DNA from: a virus
Lineage: Duplodnaviria; Caudoviricetes
Virus record (IMG/VR): IMGVR_UViG_3300049740_002155
Length of the DNA: 64,000 nucleotides
Strand: one strand, 5' to 3'
Part shown: piece by piece, positions 31,912-41,618 of the stretch
Layout: each line of letters begins with the position of its first letter
Numbering within the stretch: position 1 is the first letter of the stretch
Made by a program: the position numbers and the translations under genes
Notes under the pieces: model-generated
Told to the model about the DNA's origin: nothing
The model's input: the letters and a program-made list of their open reading frames with translations, nothing else
Databases searched by the model: none

Positions 31912-32169
31912 TTAATCAATTTTTTCAAATAGCAAAGTTGGTCTTCCAATTTCACCTTCTACTTTACCTGCTTGTTTTATTGTTCCGTTTTCCAATGCTT
32001 TTTTGACACGAAATCTAAGAGTAATTGGAACTGCGGTAGGATGCGCCTTTTCTAAGTCGGCAATACTAAACTTACCAGTTGGCCAATTAACTATTAACTT
32101 CTTTTTCTTGGGAATTGAAACAGTTGTTTCAACACTAATATTTCTTTTTACTTGGGTTTCGTCAGTCAT
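31912..32169 (-). CDS. putative winged-helix DNA-binding protein
   Basis: FSIADLEK...LRFRVKKALENGTIK...GRPTLLF wing-like pattern. Confidence 0.55.
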   Translation of the reverse strand: MTDETQVKRNISVETTVSIPKKKKLIVNWPTGKFSIADLEKAHPTAVPITLRFRVKKALENGTIKQAGKVEGEIGRPTLLFEKID

Positions 32170-32184
32170 AATAACTCCGTTCTA

Positions 32185-32367
32185 TTATTGTTTAGATTCT
32201 TCAACAGATGCCTTACGATACTCGGTTGCGAGTTTCTTAATTTCACCAATTGCTTTTCTTGCCCGAGTACCAGATGCTTTGATACCTGATTCCACGTTCT
32301 TGTTGTGATTGTCCTCAAATGCTTCGTACAAAGCCTTGATTTGTTCATATAGTTCTTGTGATTTCAT
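32185..32367 (-). CDS. histone H1-like Hc1-family nucleoid protein
   Basis: GIKASGTRARKAIGEIKKLATEYRKASVE matches the Hc1-type GxKAAGTRARK...RK.S signature. Confidence 0.75.
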   Translation of the reverse strand: MKSQELYEQIKALYEAFEDNHNKNVESGIKASGTRARKAIGEIKKLATEYRKASVEESKQ

Positions 32368-32441
32368 AATTTTTATTAGGGTTACTTTTATTGTTAAATA
32401 ATATTATATTATAGTATTTTGAAATAGGTTGCAAGTTTTTT

Positions 32442-32861
32442 TTAAGCAAAGAATATTACATACTTATCATCCTCAACGGCAACTGACATATATCTGAATG
32501 CCCATTTTTCTTGTTGCATTCTATTGACAAACTCCATATATGCACTTTCTGTTTTATCAATTTTAAAAAACTGACCAGATACTACATTAGTTTCGTACTT
32601 CTGAATAAATGCACGATAATCAATAGCATTTGGATGCTGACTTAAAAAGTTTTCTGTGAATTTAGAAACCGACTCTTTGTTTTCGTCATAAAATTTTATT
32701 ATATCATTCCGACAACTGCATCCGGGGTCAACCGAAAAACTCAAGACTTTATCTTCAATTGGTGGAAATGCTTTGATAAGTTCATTTAAATAATCTTCGG
32801 ATTTCAAAATTAATTCCAAAACTAAAATGCTTCCATATGAGGTTATTGTTTGATTGTTCAT
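32442..32861 (-). CDS. hypothetical protein (139 aa)
   Basis: ORF with TTGACT-N17-TAAATT upstream; contains PGCSCR. Confidence 0.7.
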   Translation of the reverse strand: MNNQTITSYGSILVLELILKSEDYLNELIKAFPPIEDKVLSFSVDPGCSCRNDIIKFYDENKESVSKFTENFLSQHPNAIDYRAFIQKYETNVVSGQFFKIDKTESAYMEFVNRMQQEKWAFRYMSVAVEDDKYVIFFA

Positions 32862-32939
32862 TTTTTTAATTTACTGCAAATCATAATTTTAGTCAACAAT
32901 TATCTTGAAAAACTCAAAAACATATTATATTCTAAGTTC

Positions 32940-33548
32940 ATGTATCAATATGTAAGTGGTTCTGACAATCTTGTTCTTTTGCTTACGCACTACTGGACTC
33001 CATTAAATGTAACCTCTGTAAAAGAGGGTTTGAAAAAGTTAATGGGTGCAAAAGAGAGATTTCACAAAACAAGGCCTAAGGTCGTTGCCGTGGCAAGTGA
33101 TGGAAACACGTGTGACTGGGATACATGGATTGAATATAAACATGGATTTTATCCAGAACAACCATTTGTTCGTTCTGTTAATCACGTAATACCCGTTCCA
33201 ACTATACTACTCACTACCGCAAATTTTACATATAATACAAAAAAGAAACCTTCACTTAAATACCTTTACAAGAAATACGAAGGACGGTGTCAAATTTGTG
33301 GTGAACATTTTCCCCAAAACAAATTGACAATAGAACACATCAAACCAAAAAGCAAAGGTGGGGATAATGACTATTTCAATTTAACACTCACCTGTGTTAA
33401 GTGTAATTCAAGAAAAGGAAGTATATTTCCATACTACGATTATAAAGGAGATATTCTAAAAGCAAGTCCACCTAAACCATTTTATGAAGTTGGAAATGTA
33501 GTTCGTGAAGAGTGGAAACCATTTCTTTTTAAAAATTCCTCTTTTTAG
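32940..33548 (+). CDS. HNH endonuclease
   Basis: CQICG...LTIEHIKPKSKGGDNDYFNLTLTCVKCNSRKG; start set at ATG 32940. Confidence 0.9.
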   Translation: MYQYVSGSDNLVLLLTHYWTPLNVTSVKEGLKKLMGAKERFHKTRPKVVAVASDGNTCDWDTWIEYKHGFYPEQPFVRSVNHVIPVPTILLTTANFTYNTKKKPSLKYLYKKYEGRCQICGEHFPQNKLTIEHIKPKSKGGDNDYFNLTLTCVKCNSRKGSIFPYYDYKGDILKASPPKPFYEVGNVVREEWKPFLFKNSSF

Positions 33549-33551
33549 TGT

Positions 33552-33580
33552 TTGACATTTATTATAATTTTTAATATATT
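33552..33580 (+). promoter_or_regulatory. sigma70-type promoter of the tRNA cluster
   Basis: TTGACA-N17-TATATT. Confidence 0.7.
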
Positions 33581-33678
33581 ACAAACATAATTTATACTTC
33601 CTATGTAGAGAACATAGGCATAACGTCCAATAAGGGGTGTCCAAACCGTATAACGAGAGGGGCAAGTGTTTCTTTTAC

Positions 33679-33753
33679 GCATCGGTGGCGGAATGGTGAC
33701 GCAAGGGACTGCAAATCCCTACCATGCAGGTTCGAGTCCTGTCCGATGCTCCA
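33679..33753 (+). tRNA. tRNA-Cys(GCA)
   Basis: acceptor gcatcgg/ccgatgc, anticodon arm aggga-ctGCAaa-tccct, GTTCGA T loop, U73, encoded CCA. Confidence 0.95.
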
Positions 33754-33766
33754 TAATCAATTTATT

Positions 33767-33842
33767 GCCACCTTAGCTCAGCTGGTAGAGCACCTGATTT
33801 GTAATCAGGATGTCGTCGGTTCGATTCCGACAGGTGGCTCCA
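33767..33842 (+). tRNA. tRNA-Thr(TGT)
   Basis: acceptor gccacct/aggtggc, anticodon arm cctga-ttTGTaa-tcagg, encoded CCA. Confidence 0.95.
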
Positions 33843-33853
33843 TTTTAATGTGT

Positions 33854-33930
33854 CGGGATATAGCGTAGCCTGGTATCGCGCTTGCTTTGGGAGCAAGAGG
33901 TCGCAGGTTCAAATCCTGCTATCCCGACCA
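33854..33930 (+). tRNA. tRNA-Pro(TGG)
   Basis: acceptor cgggata/tatcccg, anticodon arm cttgc-ttTGGga-gcaag, encoded CCA. Confidence 0.95.
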
Positions 33931-33933
33931 AAT

Positions 33934-34010
33934 GTCCACATCGTCTAGTCAGGTCAGGACACCGGGTTTTCATCCCGGCAACCGGAGTTCGAGTCTCCGT
34001 GTGGATGCCA
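33934..34010 (+). tRNA. tRNA-Glu(TTC)
   Basis: acceptor gtccaca/tgtggat, anticodon arm ccggg-ttTTCat-cccgg, encoded CCA. Confidence 0.93.
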
Positions 34011-34066
34011 ATTTTTTATATAAATGTATATGTATATAAATGCGTATATATACATACAATACTCTT

Positions 34067-34142
<76 letters not shown>

Positions 34143-34161
34143 ATTTTAAAGGGGCATCAAA

Positions 34162-34347
34162 ATGAAAGTAGAAATAGACAAAGAAACAAACGAAGTAATC
34201 ATTCGTTTACCGATAGAAAAGCAACCAAGAGATTCTGCAAGTGGTAAAACAAAAATCATTGCCAGTTCAAGTGGAAGAAACATTACAACCGAAACATATG
34301 ACGGAAAACAGTTGATGGTAACTGCAAGTGTTTATTATAAACCATAA
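34162..34347 (+). CDS. hypothetical protein (61 aa)
   Basis: AAGGGG SD-like site; beta-rich SASGKTKIIASSSG pattern. Confidence 0.7.
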   Translation: MKVEIDKETNEVIIRLPIEKQPRDSASGKTKIIASSSGRNITTETYDGKQLMVTASVYYKP

Positions 34348-34378
34348 CTTTTTTGTTATAGATATATATTTATCATAC

Positions 34379-35302
34379 ATGAAGTCCGAAAATATCGTTT
34401 GTGAGGAGTGGAAAGGGTATAAACCTAATATGCCTGTTCAAGTTGTTGGTGTTAAAAACGGAAAAATTACTGGTAACGGTAGTGGAGTAGAAGTATTTAA
34501 AAACCTTAAAGATGCACAAAGTAGATATGATGATCTTGATCCAGAAGAAAACTCAATGAGATTTACTTGGGTAACCAAAGGAGAAGTTAAAGGAAAAGAT
34601 GCCGGACGATTTGAAACATGGAGAGCATATAAAATGTATTCTATGGAAGAGCAGATATTCCAAGATACAATGAAAGAAGCAAAATTTAATGCTCGTATTC
34701 TGCCTGCTAATTTAGAAGACCTTGAAATGAAAACTTTGATTGTTGCAATCGGTAGTACCGTTACTGGTTTGCTAGACAAAATCAAAAAGAACACAGGTTC
34801 TAATGCTAATCCAGTAAGTTTGCAAGTAATCAAAGGTGGAGATGCTATTAAGTCTGCCCTTAAAAGTCAAATGGATTTAAAAGGCAAAGAGGCACTTGTA
34901 GCATTTTTCAAAGAAACAAATAAACACTTTGCAGGCAACGCACCTGCATTATCTAGTATAGTAAGGAAATATAAATTGAAATCTGATAAATATAGTGGTA
35001 AGGTATTTGCAGAACAAGAAACTAAATTACGTGAACTTGTTCGTGGTTATTTAAAAAATAAATTGAATATGAACGAAGCAAAGAAAAGCAAAATGATTCC
35101 TATGGAAAAATATGGGGCTGCGTTCATGGTTGACAACGGACATCTTATGTCGGTTGCTATGAATCGTGACGGAAGTCTTGAAACGTTTGATGGTGATTTG
35201 GATTGGGGAGAAGTAACTGCTCCAGAATCTCAAAAGTTTCTTGATGACATTAATAAAAAGTTCAAGACGAAGTTCAAGATGGATGACTTTGCAGGTAGAT
35301 AA
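34379..35302 (+). CDS. hypothetical multi-module protein, possible virion-internal protein
   Basis: ATG 34379 after TATTTAT; modules separated by MEEQ / MKEAK / LRELVR / MNEAKK linkers. Confidence 0.7.
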   Translation: MKSENIVCEEWKGYKPNMPVQVVGVKNGKITGNGSGVEVFKNLKDAQSRYDDLDPEENSMRFTWVTKGEVKGKDAGRFETWRAYKMYSMEEQIFQDTMKEAKFNARILPANLEDLEMKTLIVAIGSTVTGLLDKIKKNTGSNANPVSLQVIKGGDAIKSALKSQMDLKGKEALVAFFKETNKHFAGNAPALSSIVRKYKLKSDKYSGKVFAEQETKLRELVRGYLKNKLNMNEAKKSKMIPMEKYGAAFMVDNGHLMSVAMNRDGSLETFDGDLDWGEVTAPESQKFLDDINKKFKTKFKMDDFAGR

Positions 35303-35631
35303 TGTATAAATTAGGTGAATCAAACATTCACGGACACGGTTTAATTGCCACCTACGATATAAAAGCAAATACTGATATTGGTTTAAGTCATATAGGGATT
35401 GGGTTTATAAACGAACGAGTTGTTGCAGGTGAAGCAACCGATATAGGCAACTTCCAAAATCATAGCAATACAAATAATTGTATTAATAAAATTGTCGGCA
35501 AAGATTTGCATATGTTTACACTCAAAGATGTAAAGTGCGGTGAAGAACTTACAATTAACTTTCATGAAAATACAGACATCTGTGCTAACATTGAAAACTC
35601 AGAAAATTGGAAGAAAAGTCAGTTTTTATAA
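35302..35631 (+). CDS. minimal SET-domain protein
   Basis: SNIHGHGLIA, NFQNHSNTNNC, DVKCGEELTINF; Phe where SET domains usually have Tyr. Confidence 0.85.
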   Translation: MYKLGESNIHGHGLIATYDIKANTDIGLSHIGIGFINERVVAGEATDIGNFQNHSNTNNCINKIVGKDLHMFTLKDVKCGEELTINFHENTDICANIENSENWKKSQFL

Positions 35632-35645
35632 TATTTATAGATACT

Positions 35646-35972
35646 ATGGTAAATAAAAAAGAATTTAAAGGAAAACCGTTTTCTGGAGAAGATAGAGAAC
35701 AGGCAATAAAAGACATTGTTCCATCTAATATGGATGATAAAAGAACCGTGTGTAATGTAGTTCGTTTGATATTTGAAAATGCCCAAGATGAAGCATATAA
35801 TCTCGGAGCAATTCGTGAATTGGCATTAGAGGCACTGTGGATGGGTAAACGCATGAATGATAAACTTACTGAGTATCGTCAGAAGGAAATGTATGAAGAA
35901 TATCTTGACCAAAAAGATAGTCATCTTAATTCCAACTACGATATGTATCCTGCTCAAGGAAATTGGGATTGA
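35646..35972 (+). CDS. hypothetical protein (108 aa)
   Basis: ATG 35646 after TATTTATA (35632-35639). Confidence 0.7.
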   Translation: MVNKKEFKGKPFSGEDREQAIKDIVPSNMDDKRTVCNVVRLIFENAQDEAYNLGAIRELALEALWMGKRMNDKLTEYRQKEMYEEYLDQKDSHLNSNYDMYPAQGNWD

Positions 35973-36005
35973 TTTTGAATTCTATCCAATATATATTGTA
36001 TTAGG

Positions 36006-37562
36006 ATGGAGTCACAAAAATGCACACAAAAAAAATGTAAATATCCAATAAGTTGCAAGCATAACGATATGTGCATGGAAATTGAAATGCAAAAAAGTGT
36101 TTCATCAAAGAAAATTAAAAAAACCTCAACTCAAAAAGTTGGGGTTATTTTGTGTCATGGTTTTTTATCAAAGCACGAACAAATGGTCCCACTTAGTGAT
36201 TTTGTTTTTGAAAATTTTGGTTGGGAAACTCATTTGGTAGAATTGAGTGGCCACGGATACGATTCTGATAATATTACAAAAGTAACTTGGAATGATTGGG
36301 TAGATGATGTAAAAAGTAAATATGAAAAAGTTTCCAAGGAGTGTGATAAAATTTACTTCATCGGATTTTCACTCGGTGGGTGTGTGGGTGCGTATGTGTC
36401 TACTTTAAAAAATGTTAGATTCTCTGGTATGGTATTAATTAACTGTCCGTTTGGTGTCAAGAATGTATTCAACAAACTTTTACCAGGTGTCATGATTTAC
36501 AATAAAATTTGTAAGAAATTGAATCTACAAAAAATAATGCTTGAGTGTATTACGAATCATAGTGAGATGCCTGAACTAAATCAACCATTAATTAATTTGT
36601 CGGCAACAAATGAACTCCGTAAAATGTCTAATGTTTCTAAAACTATATTAGATAGAATTCTATGTCCTGTGTTTCAAATACAAGAATATAACGATCCAAC
36701 TGTTTTTTATAGTAGTGGTGTTCGTGCTTTCAGAAAGATTGCGTCAACATATAAGAAATTATATACAACAAAATTAAATACACATCTTACGATTTACGAC
36801 AAAGGATTAGAATGTAGTGTATTTTGTAAAATAAAACAATTTCTTTCGGAAATAGAAGAGCATAAGTTTGTTAATATTGCTCACCGTGGTGCAAGTGGCA
36901 CTTGTACGGAAAATACACTTTCTGCGTTTGAAAAAGCAATTGAATATAATTGCGATATGGTTGAATTTGATGTTCAGTATATTGATAGAAAATTGTGCGT
37001 ATTTCACGATTACACTGCAAATAGAATGTTTGGTGTAGATAAAAAAATGAGTGATTTAAATTCAGGTGAATTTGATAAATTAATTTATGCTAATTGTGAA
37101 AGAATTCCTACTTTACAACAAGCACTTGATTGTATAAATGGAAGGTGTGGTGTTAATATTGAAGTTAAGGATAGTAGCATTGCAACTAATATTGTTGCTA
37201 TTGTTAGAGATTATCAAAAAAAGAAACAATGGAGGAATGTTGATATTGTATTAAGTTCGTTTAGTTGTGCAACCGTCAATTTGATAAGACGAAGTGATTC
37301 CGATATTAATGTGTCCCAATTATTTCACGAAGATAATGTCACACTAAGAGACATAAAGAATTTTAAGAAAGACTACTTTGAAAAAAATATATATTCTGTA
37401 AATTTGTATGTAGAAGATATTACGCAACCTATCGTTGAGTATTGTAATGAAAATAGCATGAAAATATATGTATATACCGTAAATGAACTTCGTGCTATAA
37501 GATTTTTACGTGAATTGGGTGTAAATGGTGTATTTACAGATTATCCCGAAAGAATACAATAA
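36006..37562 (+). CDS. alpha/beta-hydrolase fused to glycerophosphodiester phosphodiesterase (GDPD)
   Basis: CHGF, GHG, GFSLGG nucleophile elbow, NDPTV, NTHL; C-terminal IAHRGASG..ENTLSAF, EFDVQ, NIEVK, GVNGVFTDYP; exact start uncertain. Confidence 0.88.
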   Translation: MESQKCTQKKCKYPISCKHNDMCMEIEMQKSVSSKKIKKTSTQKVGVILCHGFLSKHEQMVPLSDFVFENFGWETHLVELSGHGYDSDNITKVTWNDWVDDVKSKYEKVSKECDKIYFIGFSLGGCVGAYVSTLKNVRFSGMVLINCPFGVKNVFNKLLPGVMIYNKICKKLNLQKIMLECITNHSEMPELNQPLINLSATNELRKMSNVSKTILDRILCPVFQIQEYNDPTVFYSSGVRAFRKIASTYKKLYTTKLNTHLTIYDKGLECSVFCKIKQFLSEIEEHKFVNIAHRGASGTCTENTLSAFEKAIEYNCDMVEFDVQYIDRKLCVFHDYTANRMFGVDKKMSDLNSGEFDKLIYANCERIPTLQQALDCINGRCGVNIEVKDSSIATNIVAIVRDYQKKKQWRNVDIVLSSFSCATVNLIRRSDSDINVSQLFHEDNVTLRDIKNFKKDYFEKNIYSVNLYVEDITQPIVEYCNENSMKIYVYTVNELRAIRFLRELGVNGVFTDYPERIQ

Positions 37563-37588
37563 ATCTATTTTGATATATATTTATTGTC

Positions 37589-39205
37589 GTGGACATTATA
37601 GAGCATTATATAAAGAATTCATCTTTAGTTGATATCTCCAGTGATTTTGACGATGTATTATTTGAATCGACATTAAAAAATCATTTAGGAGATATGTTTA
37701 AAAGAAAAGACAAATTTATAGACATAGTAGATAGTGCAATTGCAGGTGACATCAATTTACTTGATGGTAAGGGAAAGGAGTTAAAGAAACCAAATGCAGA
37801 GCTATGGAAAACCTTAAAAAAACAACTTCAAAATGCCAAGAGTATAGAGGATATTAAAACATGGTCTAATCCACCTGGTTCAGAAAAAGGTGAATTTGAA
37901 AAATTATTTGGAGTAATTCCTTCTAATTTTGGAAAGGATCTAAATGGTCTAACAGGTAAATCTGGTGAACCAACAGGTGCAGAGTGGGAGCATTTAATTA
38001 CCTATCAATTTAATAAGTTAGTTGGTGCATCTGATCACAAGGAGTCTACCAAAGTTGCATTAGGATTTCCTAATTATTTAGAAACTGCAAAGAACGTAGC
38101 AGAAAACCTAAAAAAGGAAAGTGCAGTTGGTAGTGGTCAAATGACACAATTTGGTGGTGGTAGTAGTTCAAGTAATTGTTCTACTTGGTGGATTAACCAA
38201 GGTGGTTCAAACGGAACACCAAAAGCAGATATGATTACAAGTTCATGTGGTATATCGTTAAAAAAGAAAGGTGGTTCTCAACTAATGTCTGCGGGTACAG
38301 GTGAAACTTTGGCAACATTTAATACAGCACTTGGTTGGTTTAGTGGCGATAATGACGGTATCAAGAAAGTAAATGACCTTATAAATAAAATAGAAGATAA
38401 ATTTGATAAGATAACAACCCACTTAGGCAAACGAGAACTTGATAAACTATCTAAATTACCCGAGGATCAATGGCCAGAAAAAAGCAAGTCATCCATCGAG
38501 AAATATATTGAAGTGGAAGCATACCACAAAGAAATTAATCAGACTATTAAGGATTTTGATTTTCATAGTAACAAAAAATTTAGAGATTTCTTTGTTTACG
38601 AAGCAATGTCAGGACAAAGAAAATTTACAGGTGGGGAAAATGACGCAAGGGCAAGTTTGTGTGTAGAGTTTGATGGATCTACTGGTGCTTTATCAAAAGT
38701 TATTTCCACAACATCAGATGGTAAAAAGAATTTCACCGACCCACCCAAGGTTTCTTCTGATATTAGTAAACTTGCTTCTGGTGCAAAATTTTATGTTGCT
38801 TGGAAAAGTTCATCTGGTAATCCATATTCAACTTTTCGTGCAAATATATCCGAGGGACAAAATTCAACAATTGAAATTCCCACGATTTCGGAAATATTTA
38901 GAAAAACTTTAGCAGAAGACACTCTAATAATTGAATATAAGAAAAAACTTTTATCTGAAAATAAACAACTCAATGAGTTTCAGATACTAAAAAAGATGTG
39001 GTCTTCTGTAAAAGGTGCAGGTAAAAAGTTTCTGAATTGGATGCAGAGTATATACAAAAAGTTTTTGAAGAATATCAAAAAAACATTAAATAAAATTAAG
39101 AAACTTGGTAAAGATGCGTTTAATGCTGTTTTAAAGTTTGCAGGTATTGAGATTTCATCTGTGAGAGCAGATATTCCAAAAGACGTAGAGCAATTTATGT
39201 ATTGA
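37589..39205 (+). CDS. hypothetical protein with restriction-endonuclease-like core
   Basis: GAEWE...TPKADM...GISLKKKGGSQLMS resembles E..PD..(S)xK; GTG start after TATTTAT. Confidence 0.55.
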   Translation: MDIIEHYIKNSSLVDISSDFDDVLFESTLKNHLGDMFKRKDKFIDIVDSAIAGDINLLDGKGKELKKPNAELWKTLKKQLQNAKSIEDIKTWSNPPGSEKGEFEKLFGVIPSNFGKDLNGLTGKSGEPTGAEWEHLITYQFNKLVGASDHKESTKVALGFPNYLETAKNVAENLKKESAVGSGQMTQFGGGSSSSNCSTWWINQGGSNGTPKADMITSSCGISLKKKGGSQLMSAGTGETLATFNTALGWFSGDNDGIKKVNDLINKIEDKFDKITTHLGKRELDKLSKLPEDQWPEKSKSSIEKYIEVEAYHKEINQTIKDFDFHSNKKFRDFFVYEAMSGQRKFTGGENDARASLCVEFDGSTGALSKVISTTSDGKKNFTDPPKVSSDISKLASGAKFYVAWKSSSGNPYSTFRANISEGQNSTIEIPTISEIFRKTLAEDTLIIEYKKKLLSENKQLNEFQILKKMWSSVKGAGKKFLNWMQSIYKKFLKNIKKTLNKIKKLGKDAFNAVLKFAGIEISSVRADIPKDVEQFMY

Positions 39206-40795
39206 TTACTTCTTGTAAAACACAAAGATAGGTTCGTATTTTTGCAACTCTCCGTTTATCTTGCAACAATTCTTAACCGTTTCTGCTTTAACACCACGCA
39301 TTGTTGTCATAAGCATTTTAAGAGTTTCAACATACTCAAGTCCGTATTCCGCAAGAATATCACGACTATCTTTTTCTAATGGCATAAATCCATCTCCGTC
39401 TGCGATGTCTGCGATATTCCAAAGCAAGTATCTATCGTTCTTTAAATACTCGGCAGCCGTCTTTAAAGTAGGACGAAGAAAGTTGTCTCTCCAATCTTCA
39501 TACTCTGGAAACTTTTTGAAACTCTGAGATTCATCTGCTGAATATTGTTCACGATTAAAATATGGTGGACTCGTAAAAACTAAATCAAGTTTGCCTTTGT
39601 ATTTTTGGAAACTTGGATTGTTGGAAATTTCTTCACTTCCGTTTTGATAAACATCATACGTGTTACGGTGACCAAAGAACGGATTGCCTCCGTTTGTTTT
39701 GTCATTAAAGAAGTCGGCAAGATATTCGTAACGACTTTGATTTAGTTCGTCTATATAATTATCTGTGTTTGGATCAGTTCCTATATAATGAATTTGACGG
39801 TCGTGTACTGACATAGCACCAAGAATACGTCCACCCCAACCTGCACTTGGATCATATATATGAAGATTGCTTTTATCTTGAATGTGATCTGTGTACGTCT
39901 GATAAATATACTTTGCAGTCAACGGAGGAAAGTTTACTGCTGGTTGACTAAGACCAAGTTTAAATGCTTCCATTGCTGACGGAAAGATTCTTGAGTTCTT
40001 GTTGTAGTAACGAATACTGAATTTGAATTGTACTTCTTTTTCGTCTTCGATAATTACATCATTTATATTTTCTATATCGTCACCGAAGTTTGCAGTTCTT
40101 TCTAAATTTCTAATGTTGTTTAATTTAAGCAAACCTTCTTTGTATAATTTCTTGATTTGCTTTGCCGTTAACATTAAACTGCTTGCTTCATATGAATCAA
40201 ACTTTTTTTCTGTAAATAATTCTATTATCCAAAAATCATTGTCTGGGTGAAGGTGTTTTTCTTTTACAAAGTTACGAATCCATTGCTCTCCGTTTTCCGT
40301 TGGACACGGAACATCAAAATCATTTTTCTTTATTGTTTTTCCGTGGGCATAAAAAGAATCTCTACGAACTGTTCTTCTCATACAAGTATGAAAACTTTCA
40401 CGTTTAGCAGGATTGGCAAAGCAATCATAAACACTCCAAGATGTATGCTTACTTGAACCTATTTTAGTTTTAAGCATCGTTGGAAAGAACTGATCAACCA
40501 CAGTTGCAAACTTATTAAAGTTTTTGATGATAGTTTTTGTTCCATCCATTTCATCTGTATGTTGAAATTTGTAAACATCATAACCAGGCAACTTGTTAAA
40601 GTTTGCTATAATGTCTTTTTCGTTTTTACCTGTTCTTGGCGGAAGACCTTCATTGTCCCATGTTTCTACTATATAATTTCTAAGTTCATCAATCCACATT
40701 TCCAACTCTGCACCATTCTTTTGTAGCAGTTCGTGGAATGTTATATTTACTTTACATTCTGCTAAATTGTTTTTTTCGTAGAAATATTTTTTCAT
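39206..40795 (-). CDS. SPPY-type DNA amino-methyltransferase-like protein with large N-terminal domain
   Basis: AVNFPPLTAK, IYDPSAGWGGRILGA, YIGTDPN, LDLVFTSPPYFNREQYS; start MKKYF (40795). Confidence 0.85.
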   Translation of the reverse strand: MKKYFYEKNNLAECKVNITFHELLQKNGAELEMWIDELRNYIVETWDNEGLPPRTGKNEKDIIANFNKLPGYDVYKFQHTDEMDGTKTIIKNFNKFATVVDQFFPTMLKTKIGSSKHTSWSVYDCFANPAKRESFHTCMRRTVRRDSFYAHGKTIKKNDFDVPCPTENGEQWIRNFVKEKHLHPDNDFWIIELFTEKKFDSYEASSLMLTAKQIKKLYKEGLLKLNNIRNLERTANFGDDIENINDVIIEDEKEVQFKFSIRYYNKNSRIFPSAMEAFKLGLSQPAVNFPPLTAKYIYQTYTDHIQDKSNLHIYDPSAGWGGRILGAMSVHDRQIHYIGTDPNTDNYIDELNQSRYEYLADFFNDKTNGGNPFFGHRNTYDVYQNGSEEISNNPSFQKYKGKLDLVFTSPPYFNREQYSADESQSFKKFPEYEDWRDNFLRPTLKTAAEYLKNDRYLLWNIADIADGDGFMPLEKDSRDILAEYGLEYVETLKMLMTTMRGVKAETVKNCCKINGELQKYEPIFVFYKK

Positions 40796-40796
40796 A

Positions 40797-41618
40797 TTAT
40801 GCACCTACATTCCAAAATAAAGCACCTTCTTTTGCATATTCTTTTACAAACTTCCATGCTTTAGCATCATATGTTGGAGCAGATGGAAATGGTGGCATTT
40901 CATTTTCTTTTATTGCTTTATCAAACTGATATTCTGATCTGTAATATTTTGCTCGTCCTATTTCTCTTTCATTCATTTTATGTCCAACAGATACTACATT
41001 AACAGGTATCTCAGGAAAAGCAAGTTGTAAACCACGACTAATCGTTCCACTTGACCCAACACTCCAAATTTCACTTGGTGGATTTTCGGATAAAGCATTT
41101 CTTGCAACTTTAATAATACTTGCTACAACCGTTGGGTGTTCTAATCCGATTGGAAATTCCATTCTATTTTCTGGATCGTCTGCTACATATTTTTTTGCTC
41201 TTGATTTAGTAACTGATAACATTCCCATATTTACCCACTCGTATATAGCACCCAAGTCCATTCCTCTTTTTTGATATTCATGATAGTTTTCTGGATTGCG
41301 TTTTGCCATAAACAATACAACTTTTTTGTTGTATTTCTGTGCAACTGCCGGTAAAGATATTTGTGCGTAACCCGTTGCAGGACAACATCCAAATACAATT
41401 TCTTTTGCGGAAGTTTCACGAATGAGTTTATCTACGAAACGAATTTTACTTCCGTGGTTTAGTAGATCATCTCTAACCACATCAATTCCTTCGTAGTTCA
41501 TAATAATCGGTTTTGGATTTGGGTCTTCCCAATCTTTAACCAAATCTAACAATTGATCTTCACTCCACATATTACCTGTGTTGTCTTCGTATACTGATTC
41601 TATAAATTTTGATAACAT
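40797..41618 (-). CDS. PLP-dependent fold-type II enzyme (ACC deaminase / cysteine desulfhydrase-like)
   Basis: VVRDDLLNHGSKIR (candidate PLP Lys), GYAQISL, SVGSSGTISRGL phosphate loop, PTYDAKAW, LFWNVG; start 41618 from TAATG overlap. Confidence 0.8.
   Translation of the reverse strand: MLSKFIESVYEDNTGNMWSEDQLLDLVKDWEDPNPKPIIMNYEGIDVVRDDLLNHGSKIRFVDKLIRETSAKEIVFGCCPATGYAQISLPAVAQKYNKKVVLFMAKRNPENYHEYQKRGMDLGAIYEWVNMGMLSVTKSRAKKYVADDPENRMEFPIGLEHPTVVASIIKVARNALSENPPSEIWSVGSSGTISRGLQLAFPEIPVNVVSVGHKMNEREIGRAKYYRSEYQFDKAIKENEMPPFPSAPTYDAKAWKFVKEYAKEGALFWNVGA

Noticed and set aside
34013-34060. AT-rich imperfect palindrome between tRNA-Glu and tRNA-Ala
   Set aside because: It is low-complexity (TA)n-like sequence in which such symmetry is expected by chance.
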